Virus record (IMG/VR): IMGVR_UViG_3300037249_001368
Span: 114,154-178,153 of that record
DNA length: 64,000 nt
Strand: one strand, 5' to 3'
Origin: a virus
Taxonomy: Duplodnaviria; Caudoviricetes
Each line of letters opens with the position of its first letter. Position 1 is the first letter of the stretch. The notes below the pieces were generated by a model. It was not told the DNA's origin. It saw only the letters and a list, made by a program, of their open reading frames with translations, and did not search any database. Of this stretch, positions 10,525-21,731 are shown piece by piece. The translations under genes were made by a program, and so were the position numbers.

Positions 10525-11471
10525 GCAACACCACACTTCTTGAAAAATATGCTCCACGTGATTGGGATACTATAATCATTCCAGAGAAAGTTAAAAGTTC
10601 TTTGATGAACATAATTCAACAGAAAGGTTATCGTGTCCTGTTCTACGGTTCTCCCGGGAATGGGAAGACCAGTAGTTCTAAGATAATGTCAATGGGCGAC
10701 AACGTCCTTTATTTATCAGGTTCCAACGATTTCAATGTCGAAACCTTGAGAAGTAAAGTAACTCCGTTTGCATCAGGCATGGCAGTTAAGGGTGTTACCA
10801 AAACCGTAATCATCGACGAGTTTGAAAACATCAGGGATAACGTCCAAGATGCTTTCAAAATTATCCTTGACAAGTGCAAAAACACCAACTTCATATTTTG
10901 CACCAATGAAGTTGAGAAAGTAAATTCTGCATTAAGAAGCCGTTGCACCCAATTTGATTACGATTTTGTGTCATCAAATCTTGAGGAGCACAAGCGTAAT
11001 TACATCAAATGGTTGGTCAACATCGTTAAAGACATAGCCGCTGAGTATAAAATCAAAGCCACGAAAGAGGGCATCAATCTGCTTGTCAAGAACAATTTCC
11101 CCGACTTCAGACATACGCTCGTAACATTACAACAGGTCATTGATTCGGGGTCAGATATCACGGAAGAAGCCATTGCTTCCTGCTCAGATAACACCAAACA
11201 AATCGTGGAGTTATATGAGTTAGTCATGAACAATGCAGCATCAGGCGAAAAATTCTATCAAGAAGCCTGTGCATACAAATCACGTGAAAGGGAATGTTTG
11301 ATGGCTTTGGGTGAGCCATTCTTCAAGTACTTAAATGACAACGGTCGTTGGGAGCAAGTCATTCCCGCAGCAGTGATTGTTGCCAAGTATTGCGACAACT
11401 ACAACATGTCAATAAACAAGTTCGTGAGTTTTGTTTCTTGCATCAGCGAGTTAAAGACATTATTCAGATGA
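10521..11471 (+). CDS. clamp loader AAA+ subunit, T4 gp44/RFC-like
   Basis: LEKYAP, GSPGNGKT, IIDE, SRC, FPDFR. Confidence 0.92.
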   Translation: MSNTTLLEKYAPRDWDTIIIPEKVKSSLMNIIQQKGYRVLFYGSPGNGKTSSSKIMSMGDNVLYLSGSNDFNVETLRSKVTPFASGMAVKGVTKTVIIDEFENIRDNVQDAFKIILDKCKNTNFIFCTNEVEKVNSALRSRCTQFDYDFVSSNLEEHKRNYIKWLVNIVKDIAAEYKIKATKEGINLLVKNNFPDFRHTLVTLQQVIDSGSDITEEAIASCSDNTKQIVELYELVMNNAASGEKFYQEACAYKSRERECLMALGEPFFKYLNDNGRWEQVIPAAVIVAKYCDNYNMSINKFVSFVSCISELKTLFR

Positions 11472-11920
11472 ATTGTTTCTTTCATATTTTCTTATCGAGG
11501 GTCGCAACCCAAAATTCTTACATCAGGGATTGTGTTGCTTGGATAGACCAAAACATCAAAGGCAACTTCCCATACAAGATTTACTTCTCTGATAAAAGAT
11601 TAAATCTAAAGGACTTCAATGCCAATCTTAAGCCAGCCAATACCAACATCATTATGTGGGATTCTATGCTGGTAAAAGAAAACTTTGAAATTACGGAGTT
11701 GGGCGACGTCAATGTAATTTTTCTGAAGCACAAAACAGAAATTTTCAAAAACACTAAATCCAAAAACGAGGCGGTTGATGAAAATTTTCTGTTGTTCAAT
11801 GGTTTCAAATGTGTGTATCTAAACCCCGATAAGAACGAAACGAATTATCAATACGACACCATAATTTCCGAGGACAAATACATTTTTGATTTGTCGAAGT
11901 ATACAAACAATAAAGCATGA
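11468..11920 (+). CDS. hypothetical protein
   Basis: ATG 11468 overlaps the clamp-loader TGA; more likely than the called TTG start. Confidence 0.65.
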   Translation: MNCFFHIFLSRVATQNSYIRDCVAWIDQNIKGNFPYKIYFSDKRLNLKDFNANLKPANTNIIMWDSMLVKENFEITELGDVNVIFLKHKTEIFKNTKSKNEAVDENFLLFNGFKCVYLNPDKNETNYQYDTIISEDKYIFDLSKYTNNKA

Positions 11921-11966
11921 ACATCTGAAAGATGTGAGTGATTAAAAACCTAAACAATCATTAATC

Positions 11967-13187
11967 ATGACCAGATACTTAGCTATCGACGGCAACTATT
12001 TTGCCACAAGGTGTATCATGATTCTCAACCAAGGGGATAACGTGAATAACCTTGAAACTGACTTAGAATGTCAGAATTATTATGAAGCCCTAAAAGTCCA
12101 ATTCGCAAAGGTTTGGGACATTTTGGGCAGATACTGTGACAATGTGATTTTCGTGGCTGATTCTTGGTCATGGCGCAAACAACTTAAACCCTATGTTCCT
12201 TTCTATGTCAAGAAGCAGATACAGGAGGAAGAAGGTGTGGAAATCAACATTGAGTATAAAGGTCTGAGAAAGGAATACAAGGAGCAGTCCGACATTAATT
12301 ACGACAACCTGTACAAAATCTTCGGTCAGTTTGTTGATATGATTTGGGACAAGATTCCTACATTCAGAGTTGATGGCCTCGAGGGTGATGACTTACTTTG
12401 TCTGTTGTCAAAGAAGATTAATCATGACCACGACCAATGTTGTATGTTTGCAACCGATAAGGACTTGACGCAACTCATTGACGGTGGCATGTTTATGTAC
12501 ACCAACACCAAGTCCAAGAGAAACCCCTACGGAGCATTCATCATTTCAAGAGAACTTTCAGATGCTTACATCCCCGAAAAACCAGACCCGCTGAAAATGT
12601 TGATGGCGAGAAACGGCGATGATGCCACTTTCAAGCAACTGCTCAACATTGACATGTATGACCGAATGAATACTATACAAAGGTCAATGACCAGCGGTAT
12701 TGAGATTTCATCCCCGTACAAAACCATCCTTCTGAAGATTATATGTGGGGATAAATCCGATAACATTCTACCGTTGATTAGATGGCGTACCAATGAAAAA
12801 ACATTCTCCGTCACAGAAAAAATGGTTGAGAGAGCTTTCCAAAACATGATGGAGAACTTCAACGAAGGAACCGCAAAGATGATTCTCAACGATAACGACA
12901 GTGTCGTGGACCTGCTTGGCAATCTTATGATTATCACCAAGCAAAAAACATCAATGACGAATCTTAGAGAACATTTCAATCATAACAGAAAACTCGTGGA
13001 GTTGGACCCCAAATACTTCCCCGAGGAATCTGTCACAAAGTTTGAAACCCGCTATAAAGAACTTCTGCCTAAATTAAATCAAAATTTGGGTTATGAATAC
13101 ATAAGAGAGATTCTCAATTTGGCAACAGCCCAAATCAGTGACAAGGCAACTAACATCTTGAGAGACTCAATACCTGAAGACTTTTGA
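11967..13187 (+). CDS. rnh: RNase H / 5'-3' flap exonuclease, T4 rnh-like
   Basis: AIDGN, SWRK, YKGLR, LEGDD, TDKDLTQL, GDKSDNI. Confidence 0.9.
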   Translation: MTRYLAIDGNYFATRCIMILNQGDNVNNLETDLECQNYYEALKVQFAKVWDILGRYCDNVIFVADSWSWRKQLKPYVPFYVKKQIQEEEGVEINIEYKGLRKEYKEQSDINYDNLYKIFGQFVDMIWDKIPTFRVDGLEGDDLLCLLSKKINHDHDQCCMFATDKDLTQLIDGGMFMYTNTKSKRNPYGAFIISRELSDAYIPEKPDPLKMLMARNGDDATFKQLLNIDMYDRMNTIQRSMTSGIEISSPYKTILLKIICGDKSDNILPLIRWRTNEKTFSVTEKMVERAFQNMMENFNEGTAKMILNDNDSVVDLLGNLMIITKQKTSMTNLREHFNHNRKLVELDPKYFPEESVTKFETRYKELLPKLNQNLGYEYIREILNLATAQISDKATNILRDSIPEDF

Positions 13188-13213
13188 TTTTCAAATATCA
13201 TAATCATATCACA

Positions 13214-13720
13214 ATGGATTACAAAGAAATAACTTTTAAGGACCTCAAAATCTCAGAGGAGCAAGAACCGTACATCTACTCTATCGAGGGCCTGTTTGAG
13301 CAAAAAGTCTTCAGCAACGAAATCGAGCTTGTGCCTAAATGCACCAAACGGTCCTTCTTGATTATGGACAACGAGAAGTACAACGAAACATATCTGAAAG
13401 ATGTGTTCGAGGAATGGTACAAGGAACTCGATGACGAAACCAAGGCAAATGCAGCAGAAGTCGACTATTACTACACAGGCGACTTCAGACTCAGGATGCT
13501 GCTCACCAAACCGCACATTTTTGACATCAGGAAAGAATACACCGAACAGGAAAAAACTTTGATGGAGCACCAAGTTCTTTCTCCAGTGATTCTATCATTC
13601 AATCCTAACAGTAATGTCATTGGCATTATCGAAGAACCGAGAATGGGCGTTATAACTAAGTTTGACATTCCAGACATTTTCAAATTTTTGCATGACGATT
13701 CAATAACATTGGACGACTAA
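13214..13720 (+). CDS. hypothetical protein
   Basis: in-frame ATG at 13214; no motif recognised. Confidence 0.65.
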   Translation: MDYKEITFKDLKISEEQEPYIYSIEGLFEQKVFSNEIELVPKCTKRSFLIMDNEKYNETYLKDVFEEWYKELDDETKANAAEVDYYYTGDFRLRMLLTKPHIFDIRKEYTEQEKTLMEHQVLSPVILSFNPNSNVIGIIEEPRMGVITKFDIPDIFKFLHDDSITLDD

Positions 13721-14211
13721 TGGGAGCCAAGGAACAGCAATTTCAAGCATTTCAAGAGTTTCAGAAAGTATTTTTTACGAGCCCAGAAAGATTTTCAAGA
13801 TACACTAATTTTGAGGTTAACAAGCATGCTTTCATTTTACTGACGAATATCTCTAAAGGTTTTCCTGCGATGATTGACCAGATTCTGAACTTAAAAGGTT
13901 TTGGATGGACAGGTTTTCAGTCATTAGAAATACTCAGGGCACTTCAAATGAAGTTAATAAACCCATACACAGGCAGTAGATTACCGTCATATTTGTTCTA
14001 TAAAACACAGAAGGCTACTAAGGAAAAATCAAAGAAGACCGATAAAGGATTAGAGTTTTCCCCAGACGTCGTCGCTGAGATTTGCAGTATTCTTAAAATG
14101 GATTCGAAGACTTTTGAGTATCTTAAGTATTCACCAAGAGTGCAAAACACAGGAAGACAGATTATAGGTGACTTCAGAGAAGTAGAAAAATCATCAAAGA
14201 AAAAGAATTAG
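13720..14211 (+). CDS. possible clamp loader small subunit, gp62-like
   Basis: size, FILLTNIS segment, basic linker then helical tail, location near gp44-like gene; weak. Confidence 0.35.
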   Translation: MGAKEQQFQAFQEFQKVFFTSPERFSRYTNFEVNKHAFILLTNISKGFPAMIDQILNLKGFGWTGFQSLEILRALQMKLINPYTGSRLPSYLFYKTQKATKEKSKKTDKGLEFSPDVVAEICSILKMDSKTFEYLKYSPRVQNTGRQIIGDFREVEKSSKKKN

Positions 14212-14249
14212 TTAATAGTTAGACAGTAGTTAAACGTTTCATCTTCGAG

Positions 14250-14286
14250 GAAGCCTGTCGCCGTGAGGTGGCAGGCTTCAATTTTG
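14250..14286 (+). terminator. intrinsic terminator
   Basis: gaagcctgtcgcc-GTGA-ggtggcaggcttc then aatttt. Confidence 0.8.
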
Positions 14287-14336
14287 CTTAAATGTTTTTG
14301 GTAATATATACCTAAACATATTTAATCCGTAAAATC

Positions 14337-14633
14337 ATGTTAAGTCTTAAGATTCAAAACATCCAAGAAAACGCCGAGGAACTTGAGCGCAGGGTTAGAA
14401 AATCGACGGCCTTGTCTGCCAGTGTCAAGAAAAACATTCTGAAATACATCAAGACCGAAGATTGGTACAATGTCATTCGTCAGTTGCTTTCGGCCTTTGA
14501 CGGCGTTACTTACGACAAGATTCTGAACTATCCTGGCAAGACTCGTATCGAGATTACGATGGCTTTGGCTCAGTGTACTGCCTACAAGTTCAACGAGTTC
14601 TGTCAAAAGTGCTATGACAAATACTTTGTCTAA
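14337..14633 (+). CDS. hypothetical protein
   Basis: 98-aa ORF with aaaatcATG start. Confidence 0.7.
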   Translation: MLSLKIQNIQENAEELERRVRKSTALSASVKKNILKYIKTEDWYNVIRQLLSAFDGVTYDKILNYPGKTRIEITMALAQCTAYKFNEFCQKCYDKYFV

Positions 14634-15238
14634 TGAAGAACAGTGTCGTTAAATATCTGATAACTGCCATAGTAATCCTTTCTATGGCAGTTGTCGGGTT
14701 GATTTGTTATTTCACATCACCCCGATACCTAAAACCGTGCGGTGATGTGGAAACAAGTGACACTATCACAAAGACAGATACTTGTTGGTTGCCATCAGAC
14801 ACCGTTTACTTAGATAAGTTCGTACCGAAACCTGTTCCTGTACCTCAATACATTTCTGACACTGAATGGATGCCATGTCAGGATTCAGTTCCAATCACCC
14901 AACAGTATTTCAAGAACGACGTCCTTGATTTGTGGGTGTCAGGGTTTAATGTTCAGGTAGACAGCATGAGATACCGCGAAACACACATTCACGATACGGT
15001 CATAATCAAAGAAACAACCCAAATAAACAATACAAAGATTGAGAGATTTAACGTGGGTGTTGGTGTGGGAACTTACTATTATCCATTCAAGGGTTCATTC
15101 AATCCATACATGGAATGTGATGCAAGTTACCGATTCAAAAACAAAGTTGGGGTAAATGCAGGAGTTGGTTTGATTGGAGACATACCCCAAAAAGACATAC
15201 AACCATTTGTTAAGGTTGGAGTCACTTATAATTTCTGA
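14633..15238 (+). CDS. membrane-anchored protein of Bacteroidota-phage type (DUF6808-like; possibly lysis/spanin-related)
   Basis: N-terminal TM, DT-repeat segment, LWVSGF..VDS, Gly/aromatic beta strands ending in F. Confidence 0.5.
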   Translation: MKNSVVKYLITAIVILSMAVVGLICYFTSPRYLKPCGDVETSDTITKTDTCWLPSDTVYLDKFVPKPVPVPQYISDTEWMPCQDSVPITQQYFKNDVLDLWVSGFNVQVDSMRYRETHIHDTVIIKETTQINNTKIERFNVGVGVGTYYYPFKGSFNPYMECDASYRFKNKVGVNAGVGLIGDIPQKDIQPFVKVGVTYNF

Positions 15239-15285
15239 GAGTGTGATTATTCTTCATAGGATGGGTATAACATTTTTCTTTGTGG

Positions 15286-15317
15286 GAAAGCCGTCAGCAA
15301 TGGCGGCTTTTTCTTTA
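15286..15317 (+). terminator. intrinsic terminator
   Basis: gaaagccgtca-GCAA-tggcggctttt. Confidence 0.85.
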
Positions 15318-15319
15318 TT

Positions 15320-15347
15320 CTGCCTAAAGATTTATCTGTCTTTGGTA
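15320..15347 (+). promoter_or_regulatory. phage bipartite promoter (CTGCCTAA-N16-GGTA)
   Basis: exact-spacer copy upstream of the primase-helicase. Confidence 0.75.
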
Positions 15348-15380
15348 TAAAGAAATAAGGTCTAAAATCATTGATAATTT

Positions 15381-18300
15381 ATGCAGTCGCGAGACATAAT
15401 TAGGGCTGTTGACATAGATTTTAGGGAAGCGAATGTCAGCAGTGAAATAAACGAAGAGATTGCCAAGTACATAAAATCTCTGGTTGTCAAGAAACTTAAC
15501 CAAATCAAAAAGACTGAATCGGAACAGAGGGGCGATGACAAGTTCGAGGTAACAGAAGAACTGAAAGAAAAAGTCAAAGCAGATGTCCTCGCCAGTGATG
15601 ATGTCAAAAAATATAAAGAATTTTTAGCGGAGAATATCAGAAAGAAGATTCAGAATTATTCAATGATTCGTAACGAAATCGACAATATGAACGAACTCCA
15701 CGTACTGGGTTCTCACGTCGAGCGGTTAGGTTTCCAAGATTTGGTAATGAAATCATTGAAAGAACTCATCAAGATAAGTTCAGACAACATTGATGATTAT
15801 AATCATATTTGTGGTCAGTTGACAGCAAAGATTGATGAATACATTAATCGTTACAAAGGAACAGAGTTAAAATTTCGTAAGAAGTACAACAACCTTTTTG
15901 ATGAGAAAGATTCCCTACAGATTTTGTTGAACATGCGTAAACTTTACACCATCAAAAAAGACATGGACGGTGTGGAGTTGTATGACATGTTCAATATGTT
16001 TGATAACATTGATATGAGTAACCTGTTATCAGACATTTGTTTTTATAACTGTGCCAATAACATCAAAAGCAATCTTCTGAATGAGTTGAATCATACAGAT
16101 AGGGGTGTTGGTAAATTGATTCAGAATAACATAGTAACAAATAAGTTGCTTGGTTGTTTATTTAGAAACACATTACAACGGAATACAGAAGATTATCCAG
16201 ACTTTCCAATCATAACAAATAACGCTGTAACTTGTCTTGACACAACTTATACAACCACAATGACTGATACCAAAGTTTACAGTACAAGAACTTTAGGTGA
16301 GTTGTTGTTTGAAATCACGAACGAGGATTTGAGGTACATAGACAAAACCCAGCGTCAACAGATTTATATGACCTATGACGGTTCTCGTCCAAAATCAGAC
16401 GAGTATTGGAAATGGAATGGATTGCAGGTTTTTGATATTGACTTGAAAGAATGGGTAAAACGGGGAAACAATATCAAAAAGTTGAAGGACCGTTTATTTG
16501 AGACTTTGTCTGATTTTAGATGGTTCCTTTGGATTTGTTTTTCTTCATCAGGACGTGGTATCCACATTTACACCAAAGTCGCACCTCCACATCATGTGTA
16601 TATCAAGGATGAAGCCAAAAATAATCAGATTTCTGAGTATTGTTATAGGATTAATTACTACACCAAAGCATCAGTTATCTATACACTGTTTTATAAAATA
16701 AGGAATGAGTTTGGGTTCACTGAGGAAGATTTTATGACAGCGGGAAATGAATCACAATACTCAACTGGTTTTGAATTGAAGTGCTTGGACAATACCGTAG
16801 GTAGAATTACATCAGGTATTCGTTTGACATACGACCCAGATATTATGGTGAATATGAACTTCATGGATTTACCAATATTTTATAACTTGTGTCAAACTTA
16901 CAATGGTTTCAATTACAAGAAAGATATCGACAATATAATTTTCAGAAATACCAAGATATCACGGAGCGCATTAGACACCATCGAGGAACTTTATCAAGCA
17001 ATGAAGAACCCCGATAAGACAGAACCAGAAAAGAAAGTAAATATATCAGAGTTAGTCCTTCAGGGTTACGACATAACCAAGTATAAAGAATTACCAATAT
17101 CAGCAATCAAGTACAAACTTCGTTACGAAGTATGTAACACATTGGCAGCGTTGTATGGCAAGGATGGTTTACAACTGGCGCACATGATTCTTAGGAGTTC
17201 TGAATGTAGAAACGAAAAAGAAATCAATGCGTTCTACGCTTCAGCATTAAGAAATAAGAAGGAGGCCTCGAAGTTTGGGTTGGATGTGTTACAGAAAGTT
17301 GGTGTTGTAAAATCTGTCAATAAGGAATTTGATGAAACCCTTGTTGATAAGTATAAGTTATTCCTCAAAAAACAAATCGAGAAGTCGGCTGAGGTAAGTG
17401 AGCAGGATTACAATCTGCGTCTTGGTGACGGAGAGTATTTGGGCACTAACCGAGAAAAATTGTTAAATTTGTTGAAACAGGAAAAAATAAATCTGATTTA
17501 TGCTGCACCAGCCAGTGGTAAATGTCTCGGAAAAGATACACCAGTTCTGATGTATGACGGGAGTATTAAAATGGTACAAGACATAAAAGAAGGAGACCTG
17601 TTGATGGGCATTGACTCCACACCAAGAACAGTGATTTCTACATGCAGTGGTAGGGAGGAAATGTTTTTGATAACACCAAAAAAAGGTGGTGATTCATATA
17701 CGTGCAACAAATCACATATAAACTCATTTGTAATGAGTGGTGATTGGAAATTCCAGATGACTTCATATGGTCCGAAAATACCTGATTTAACTAAAATAGT
17801 TGATATCGATTGCCAAGCACTGATAAATTCCGGTTACAATTATAGATGGGGCAAGTTTAATCTTTTCCATGTTCCAGTGAATTTTTCTGAAAAAGAAGTT
17901 CATATCAATCCGTATTATTTAGGATTATGGTTAGGAGATGGTAGAAAAGATTCTACAAGTATAACAATAGGTGGTCAGGATATTGAAATAACACATAGAT
18001 TTCTTGAAGAATATGCGGAAGAATTGGGGATGCAAGTTGCAGATTACAAAGATTTGAGAAGAGATGTTTGGGTATCAGGTATTATAAAACCAGACAAAAC
18101 AAAGCATAATAAGTTTTATCCAAACATTTTATTAGAAAAACTAAAAGAATACAACTTAATTAATAATAAACACATACCCACAGATTTCTTAAGAAATTCA
18201 AGAAAAATCAGGTTAGAAATTTTGGCAGGTTTACTTGATTCTGATGGATATGTTGCCAGTCCCAATATGGAAATAACACAGAAATCTTTGAGATTGGCAG

Positions 18301-20630
18301 AAGATATATGTTATCTGTGCAGGTCTTTAGGATTTCAGGTAGGAAAAAGTATAAAATATGTTAACGGTGTTCCTTATTACAGAGTAAGATTGAGTGGAGA
18401 TTTTTCACAGGTTCCAATGAAAATACTAAGAAAAAAACCGGTTAGAATAGATTATCAAAAAAATCCCTTAGTATCAGGTTTTACTATAAAATCGATAGGT
18501 GAGGGAGATTATTACGGTTTTGTTATTGATGGGCCTGACAAACATTTTCTGTTGGGAGATTTCACGGTAACACATAACACAGAGTTAATCAAGTCCCTCG
18601 CAAGAGAGAAGCGTGTAATGTTAGTTCTCCCGTTTATTTCAGTAATCAAGAACAAGATTGAGTCCGATGAATCAATCATGGAGCTTTTTGACTGTTATTA
18701 TGACAACAAGGATATTTCAAAAATTGAGCACGGAATCAATGCTGTTACCACGTTTGATAAATTCTCTAGAGCAGATTATGAGAAAATTTCGCGAATGTTT
18801 GATTACATTGTGATTGACGAAGAGCACCTATTGTTTAACTCACAATACAGAATCCATACAACCTCGAACAGCATTAAGAAATTAAGACAGTTGCAGTACA
18901 TTGCTTCTAATGACCCATTCTCAGCCAAAATTTTGATGATGACTGGTACTCCAACAGGCTCTGAATTTTTCTTTAAGAACAACGGCAATTTTATCCGTGT
19001 TTACAAGAAAATGATGGATAAATCTATGGAGTTTCACATTTGCAACGATTTGCTGGATGCGACGACTCGTATGGCTTATAAGTGTTATCAGTTGATAAAC
19101 CAAAATCATAAAATCATAATTCCAACAAACAAGGGAGACATATACACAGAGAAGTTGGTTGGTATGATTCGTCATTTATTGGGCAGAGATGTTCGTTATG
19201 GATATTATAAGAGGGCTAATAACGAGCAAGATATCGTTGCAAATATCAATCAATCGAATACAGTCGGTGATTACGAAATAATCTTTTGCACCAATTATCT
19301 GTCAGTTGGTATCGACATTAATGATACCACCAATCCATTCGCGGTAATGTATTTGGGTAATTGGAGTGCGTTTGAGATTGAGCAGTTTAATTCAAGAATC
19401 AGAAGACAAAATATCCAATCATTCTACTTCATAAAAACTCTGACAAACAACAACAAATTTGACGATTTATTGTATGAAGAGCCAGAGTTCCAGCTGCGAT
19501 TAACAGATGAAGATATCGAAAACTTTAAGGATGACAAGGAAATTGCAGCCAAGAAACAGGAATTTATAGCTGTCTATGACCCGCTATTGAATAATATAAC
19601 GACTCCTGGTTTTTCAACAATCGCTGGACAAATCAAATTCAACAAGGAGGAATACGAACTGGTGAATTTTGAAAACAAGTATTCTGAATGTTTCCAACAC
19701 CCATTAAAGGTGGCTTCAGTTCTTGCAAGTTATGGTTACAACATATCAGTAAGTTTGGATTTTGATGGATTGGATATTGATTTGCAGACAGAACTTAAGC
19801 AGGTAGGTATAGATTCAGCCAAGGAGGAAAAAGTCAGGAAAAATGATTTAATGATTGGAACATTCATGGATTTGATTAAACTGAACAAGTATGTTTCTCA
19901 ACAAACTATGTTGGAGTTTAACAACACTATCGAGTACATTATGAAAAACACTTATGATGTAGTTGAAGACCGTGATATGGCTGATTACGTCAGTGTTACA
20001 TTTAACCAATTCGCACAACCAGAGAAGATTTTCGTAAAATCGAAAGTTGCTTTGGATAAAATGATTCGTCCTGCTTATTACCTAATTCAGAGATATTCGC
20101 CAAACAAATGTTATGATATCATAAATCAGTACATTGACTCCAATGGAATTTTGAAGAAAAAGAACTTTCAGCGTGCAGTCAATCTATTGAAGTTAGTTGA
20201 GGCTCACGGTAACAACGAGTTGTCAGTTGGTGTTGAAAAAGTCATAGAAAACATATACGAGTATACAGATAAGTTCATTGTTGACGAAAATTATTTGGTT
20301 TCGTATTCATCATACATGACGTATATCGACAACCTTACAAATGATTACATAACATTTCTCGGTATGAACATTAGAACCCGATATGGTTATGACAAAATCA
20401 GAGAATCAATCCTTGAAATTTTCAAAGACATAACCGTACCAGAAAAACACGGCAAAAACATTCGTTTCAAATATAACAAGATGCCCGAGCAAGATTCATC
20501 ATCAATCATAAATCGTAGAAGTGTTGATATTTTGATTGAAAAGATGTTTGCGGTCACGAATGATGTCATCAGCAGTTCTAAGTTGAAACTTAGAGAAAAT
20601 CACATAGTATTAGAACCTCAGAAGTTTTAA
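15381..20630 (+). CDS. PrimPol-like primase fused to SF2 helicase, intein-containing
   Basis: WNGLQVFDID and SSSGRGIH (AEP/BT4734-like); APASGK|T, DEEH, MTGTP, SVGIDIN, EQFNSRIR. Confidence 0.75.
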   Translation: MQSRDIIRAVDIDFREANVSSEINEEIAKYIKSLVVKKLNQIKKTESEQRGDDKFEVTEELKEKVKADVLASDDVKKYKEFLAENIRKKIQNYSMIRNEIDNMNELHVLGSHVERLGFQDLVMKSLKELIKISSDNIDDYNHICGQLTAKIDEYINRYKGTELKFRKKYNNLFDEKDSLQILLNMRKLYTIKKDMDGVELYDMFNMFDNIDMSNLLSDICFYNCANNIKSNLLNELNHTDRGVGKLIQNNIVTNKLLGCLFRNTLQRNTEDYPDFPIITNNAVTCLDTTYTTTMTDTKVYSTRTLGELLFEITNEDLRYIDKTQRQQIYMTYDGSRPKSDEYWKWNGLQVFDIDLKEWVKRGNNIKKLKDRLFETLSDFRWFLWICFSSSGRGIHIYTKVAPPHHVYIKDEAKNNQISEYCYRINYYTKASVIYTLFYKIRNEFGFTEEDFMTAGNESQYSTGFELKCLDNTVGRITSGIRLTYDPDIMVNMNFMDLPIFYNLCQTYNGFNYKKDIDNIIFRNTKISRSALDTIEELYQAMKNPDKTEPEKKVNISELVLQGYDITKYKELPISAIKYKLRYEVCNTLAALYGKDGLQLAHMILRSSECRNEKEINAFYASALRNKKEASKFGLDVLQKVGVVKSVNKEFDETLVDKYKLFLKKQIEKSAEVSEQDYNLRLGDGEYLGTNREKLLNLLKQEKINLIYAAPASGKCLGKDTPVLMYDGSIKMVQDIKEGDLLMGIDSTPRTVISTCSGREEMFLITPKKGGDSYTCNKSHINSFVMSGDWKFQMTSYGPKIPDLTKIVDIDCQALINSGYNYRWGKFNLFHVPVNFSEKEVHINPYYLGLWLGDGRKDSTSITIGGQDIEITHRFLEEYAEELGMQVADYKDLRRDVWVSGIIKPDKTKHNKFYPNILLEKLKEYNLINNKHIPTDFLRNSRKIRLEILAGLLDSDGYVASPNMEITQKSLRLAEDICYLCRSLGFQVGKSIKYVNGVPYYRVRLSGDFSQVPMKILRKKPVRIDYQKNPLVSGFTIKSIGEGDYYGFVIDGPDKHFLLGDFTVTHNTELIKSLAREKRVMLVLPFISVIKNKIESDESIMELFDCYYDNKDISKIEHGINAVTTFDKFSRADYEKISRMFDYIVIDEEHLLFNSQYRIHTTSNSIKKLRQLQYIASNDPFSAKILMMTGTPTGSEFFFKNNGNFIRVYKKMMDKSMEFHICNDLLDATTRMAYKCYQLINQNHKIIIPTNKGDIYTEKLVGMIRHLLGRDVRYGYYKRANNEQDIVANINQSNTVGDYEIIFCTNYLSVGIDINDTTNPFAVMYLGNWSAFEIEQFNSRIRRQNIQSFYFIKTLTNNNKFDDLLYEEPEFQLRLTDEDIENFKDDKEIAAKKQEFIAVYDPLLNNITTPGFSTIAGQIKFNKEEYELVNFENKYSECFQHPLKVASVLASYGYNISVSLDFDGLDIDLQTELKQVGIDSAKEEKVRKNDLMIGTFMDLIKLNKYVSQQTMLEFNNTIEYIMKNTYDVVEDRDMADYVSVTFNQFAQPEKIFVKSKVALDKMIRPAYYLIQRYSPNKCYDIINQYIDSNGILKKKNFQRAVNLLKLVEAHGNNELSVGVEKVIENIYEYTDKFIVDENYLVSYSSYMTYIDNLTNDYITFLGMNIRTRYGYDKIRESILEIFKDITVPEKHGKNIRFKYNKMPEQDSSSIINRRSVDILIEKMFAVTNDVISSSKLKLRENHIVLEPQKF
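17523..18578 (+). mobile_element. 352-aa intein with LAGLIDADG homing endonuclease
   Basis: starts CLGKDTPV, ends VTHN with +1 Thr; YLGLWLGDG and LAGLLDSDG; removal restores Walker A GKT. Confidence 0.95.
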
Positions 20631-20647
20631 CAAGAGATATACTCCAT

Positions 20648-20675
20648 CAACCTAAATCCAAACCAATAAACAGTA
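20648..20675 (+). promoter_or_regulatory. phage bipartite promoter (CAACCTAA-N16-AGTA)
   Basis: exact-spacer copy heading a small-ORF cluster. Confidence 0.65.
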
Positions 20676-20698
20676 TACATAACCAAACACATAACATT

Positions 20699-21731
20699 AT
20701 GCCAACAGGACCGTTATTGGGATTTCAGAAAATAGAAGGAAAACATCTTGAGAGAGTAACTCGGATGAAAAAGGACACCTTAGACCGTCTCAAAGAAGTA
20801 TACGGAGAGAGTGTGCCGCAACCAATATTAGACCAGATTGAATACATAATCAGAGAATCGTACAAAGAGGCTTATGTCTACGGTTTCAATGACTGTTATT
20901 GGGAATCTCACTAAAATTTCACGGATATGATGACAGAACTGATTTACACAATTTTGAAACTCCTTGGAGCACTGATTATTGTTGGTGTCGTGGGTGTGAT
21001 AATGGTGGCGGGTGTTATGTTTCTTTATAGTGTGTTTGAAGACATATTCAAAACTAATAAAAATCGAACAGATGATACGGTTCAATTTCAGGATAATCTT
21101 CGACCAGAAGAGCAAAGTCAACAAACTCAGAAAACGGATTGAAGCACAGAAACAGAAGGAAAAGGAGTATGCTATGCTCATGCAACAGTACGGCATCTCT
21201 TGTAAGACTTGTCAAAATGGTGAGTGCTTGAGAGCAGGCATAGCCAACAGTCCTTGTTTTTGTTTGGATTTCAGAAAATAAATATGTTAGGTTCTTGGTA
21301 CTATAATTTACTTCTACTGATAGCTTGCATGTCTTTATGTTCTAGAGGAGCATCAATCATTGGTGGAATAATCGAGTTCAAGCACCAACTTGAAAAGCAT
21401 GATAAAACCAATGTTTCTGTTGGTTTTGATTGTTGGATAGTAGGTGCGGCTCTTTCTTATATAATTTGGTACATAACACAACATTAATGATATGAATGAA
21501 CTCAGATACATTTTCTACTTTGGTATGTTGGTGATTGCCTGTATTTTTGCTTGTAACTGTTTCATGAATCTTTACGGCAACGCAGCTAATATCAAAGAAA
21601 TTGATAAAACCAAGTACGGGTGTGTGAATCATAAAATTGATGTTTGGTCATGCATCATGTTTGGTGTTTCAGTAGCGTACATAATTTGGTTCGTTTTGAT
21701 AAATCCCTTAAAATCTATACAATTATGGTAA
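20699..21731 (+). CDS. cluster of five small hypothetical ORFs (20699-20914, 20927-21142, 21072-21281, 21284-21487, 21492-21731), three membrane-type
   Basis: tightly packed ORFs; the last two share a (S/A)YIIW(Y/F) TM helix. Confidence 0.6.
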
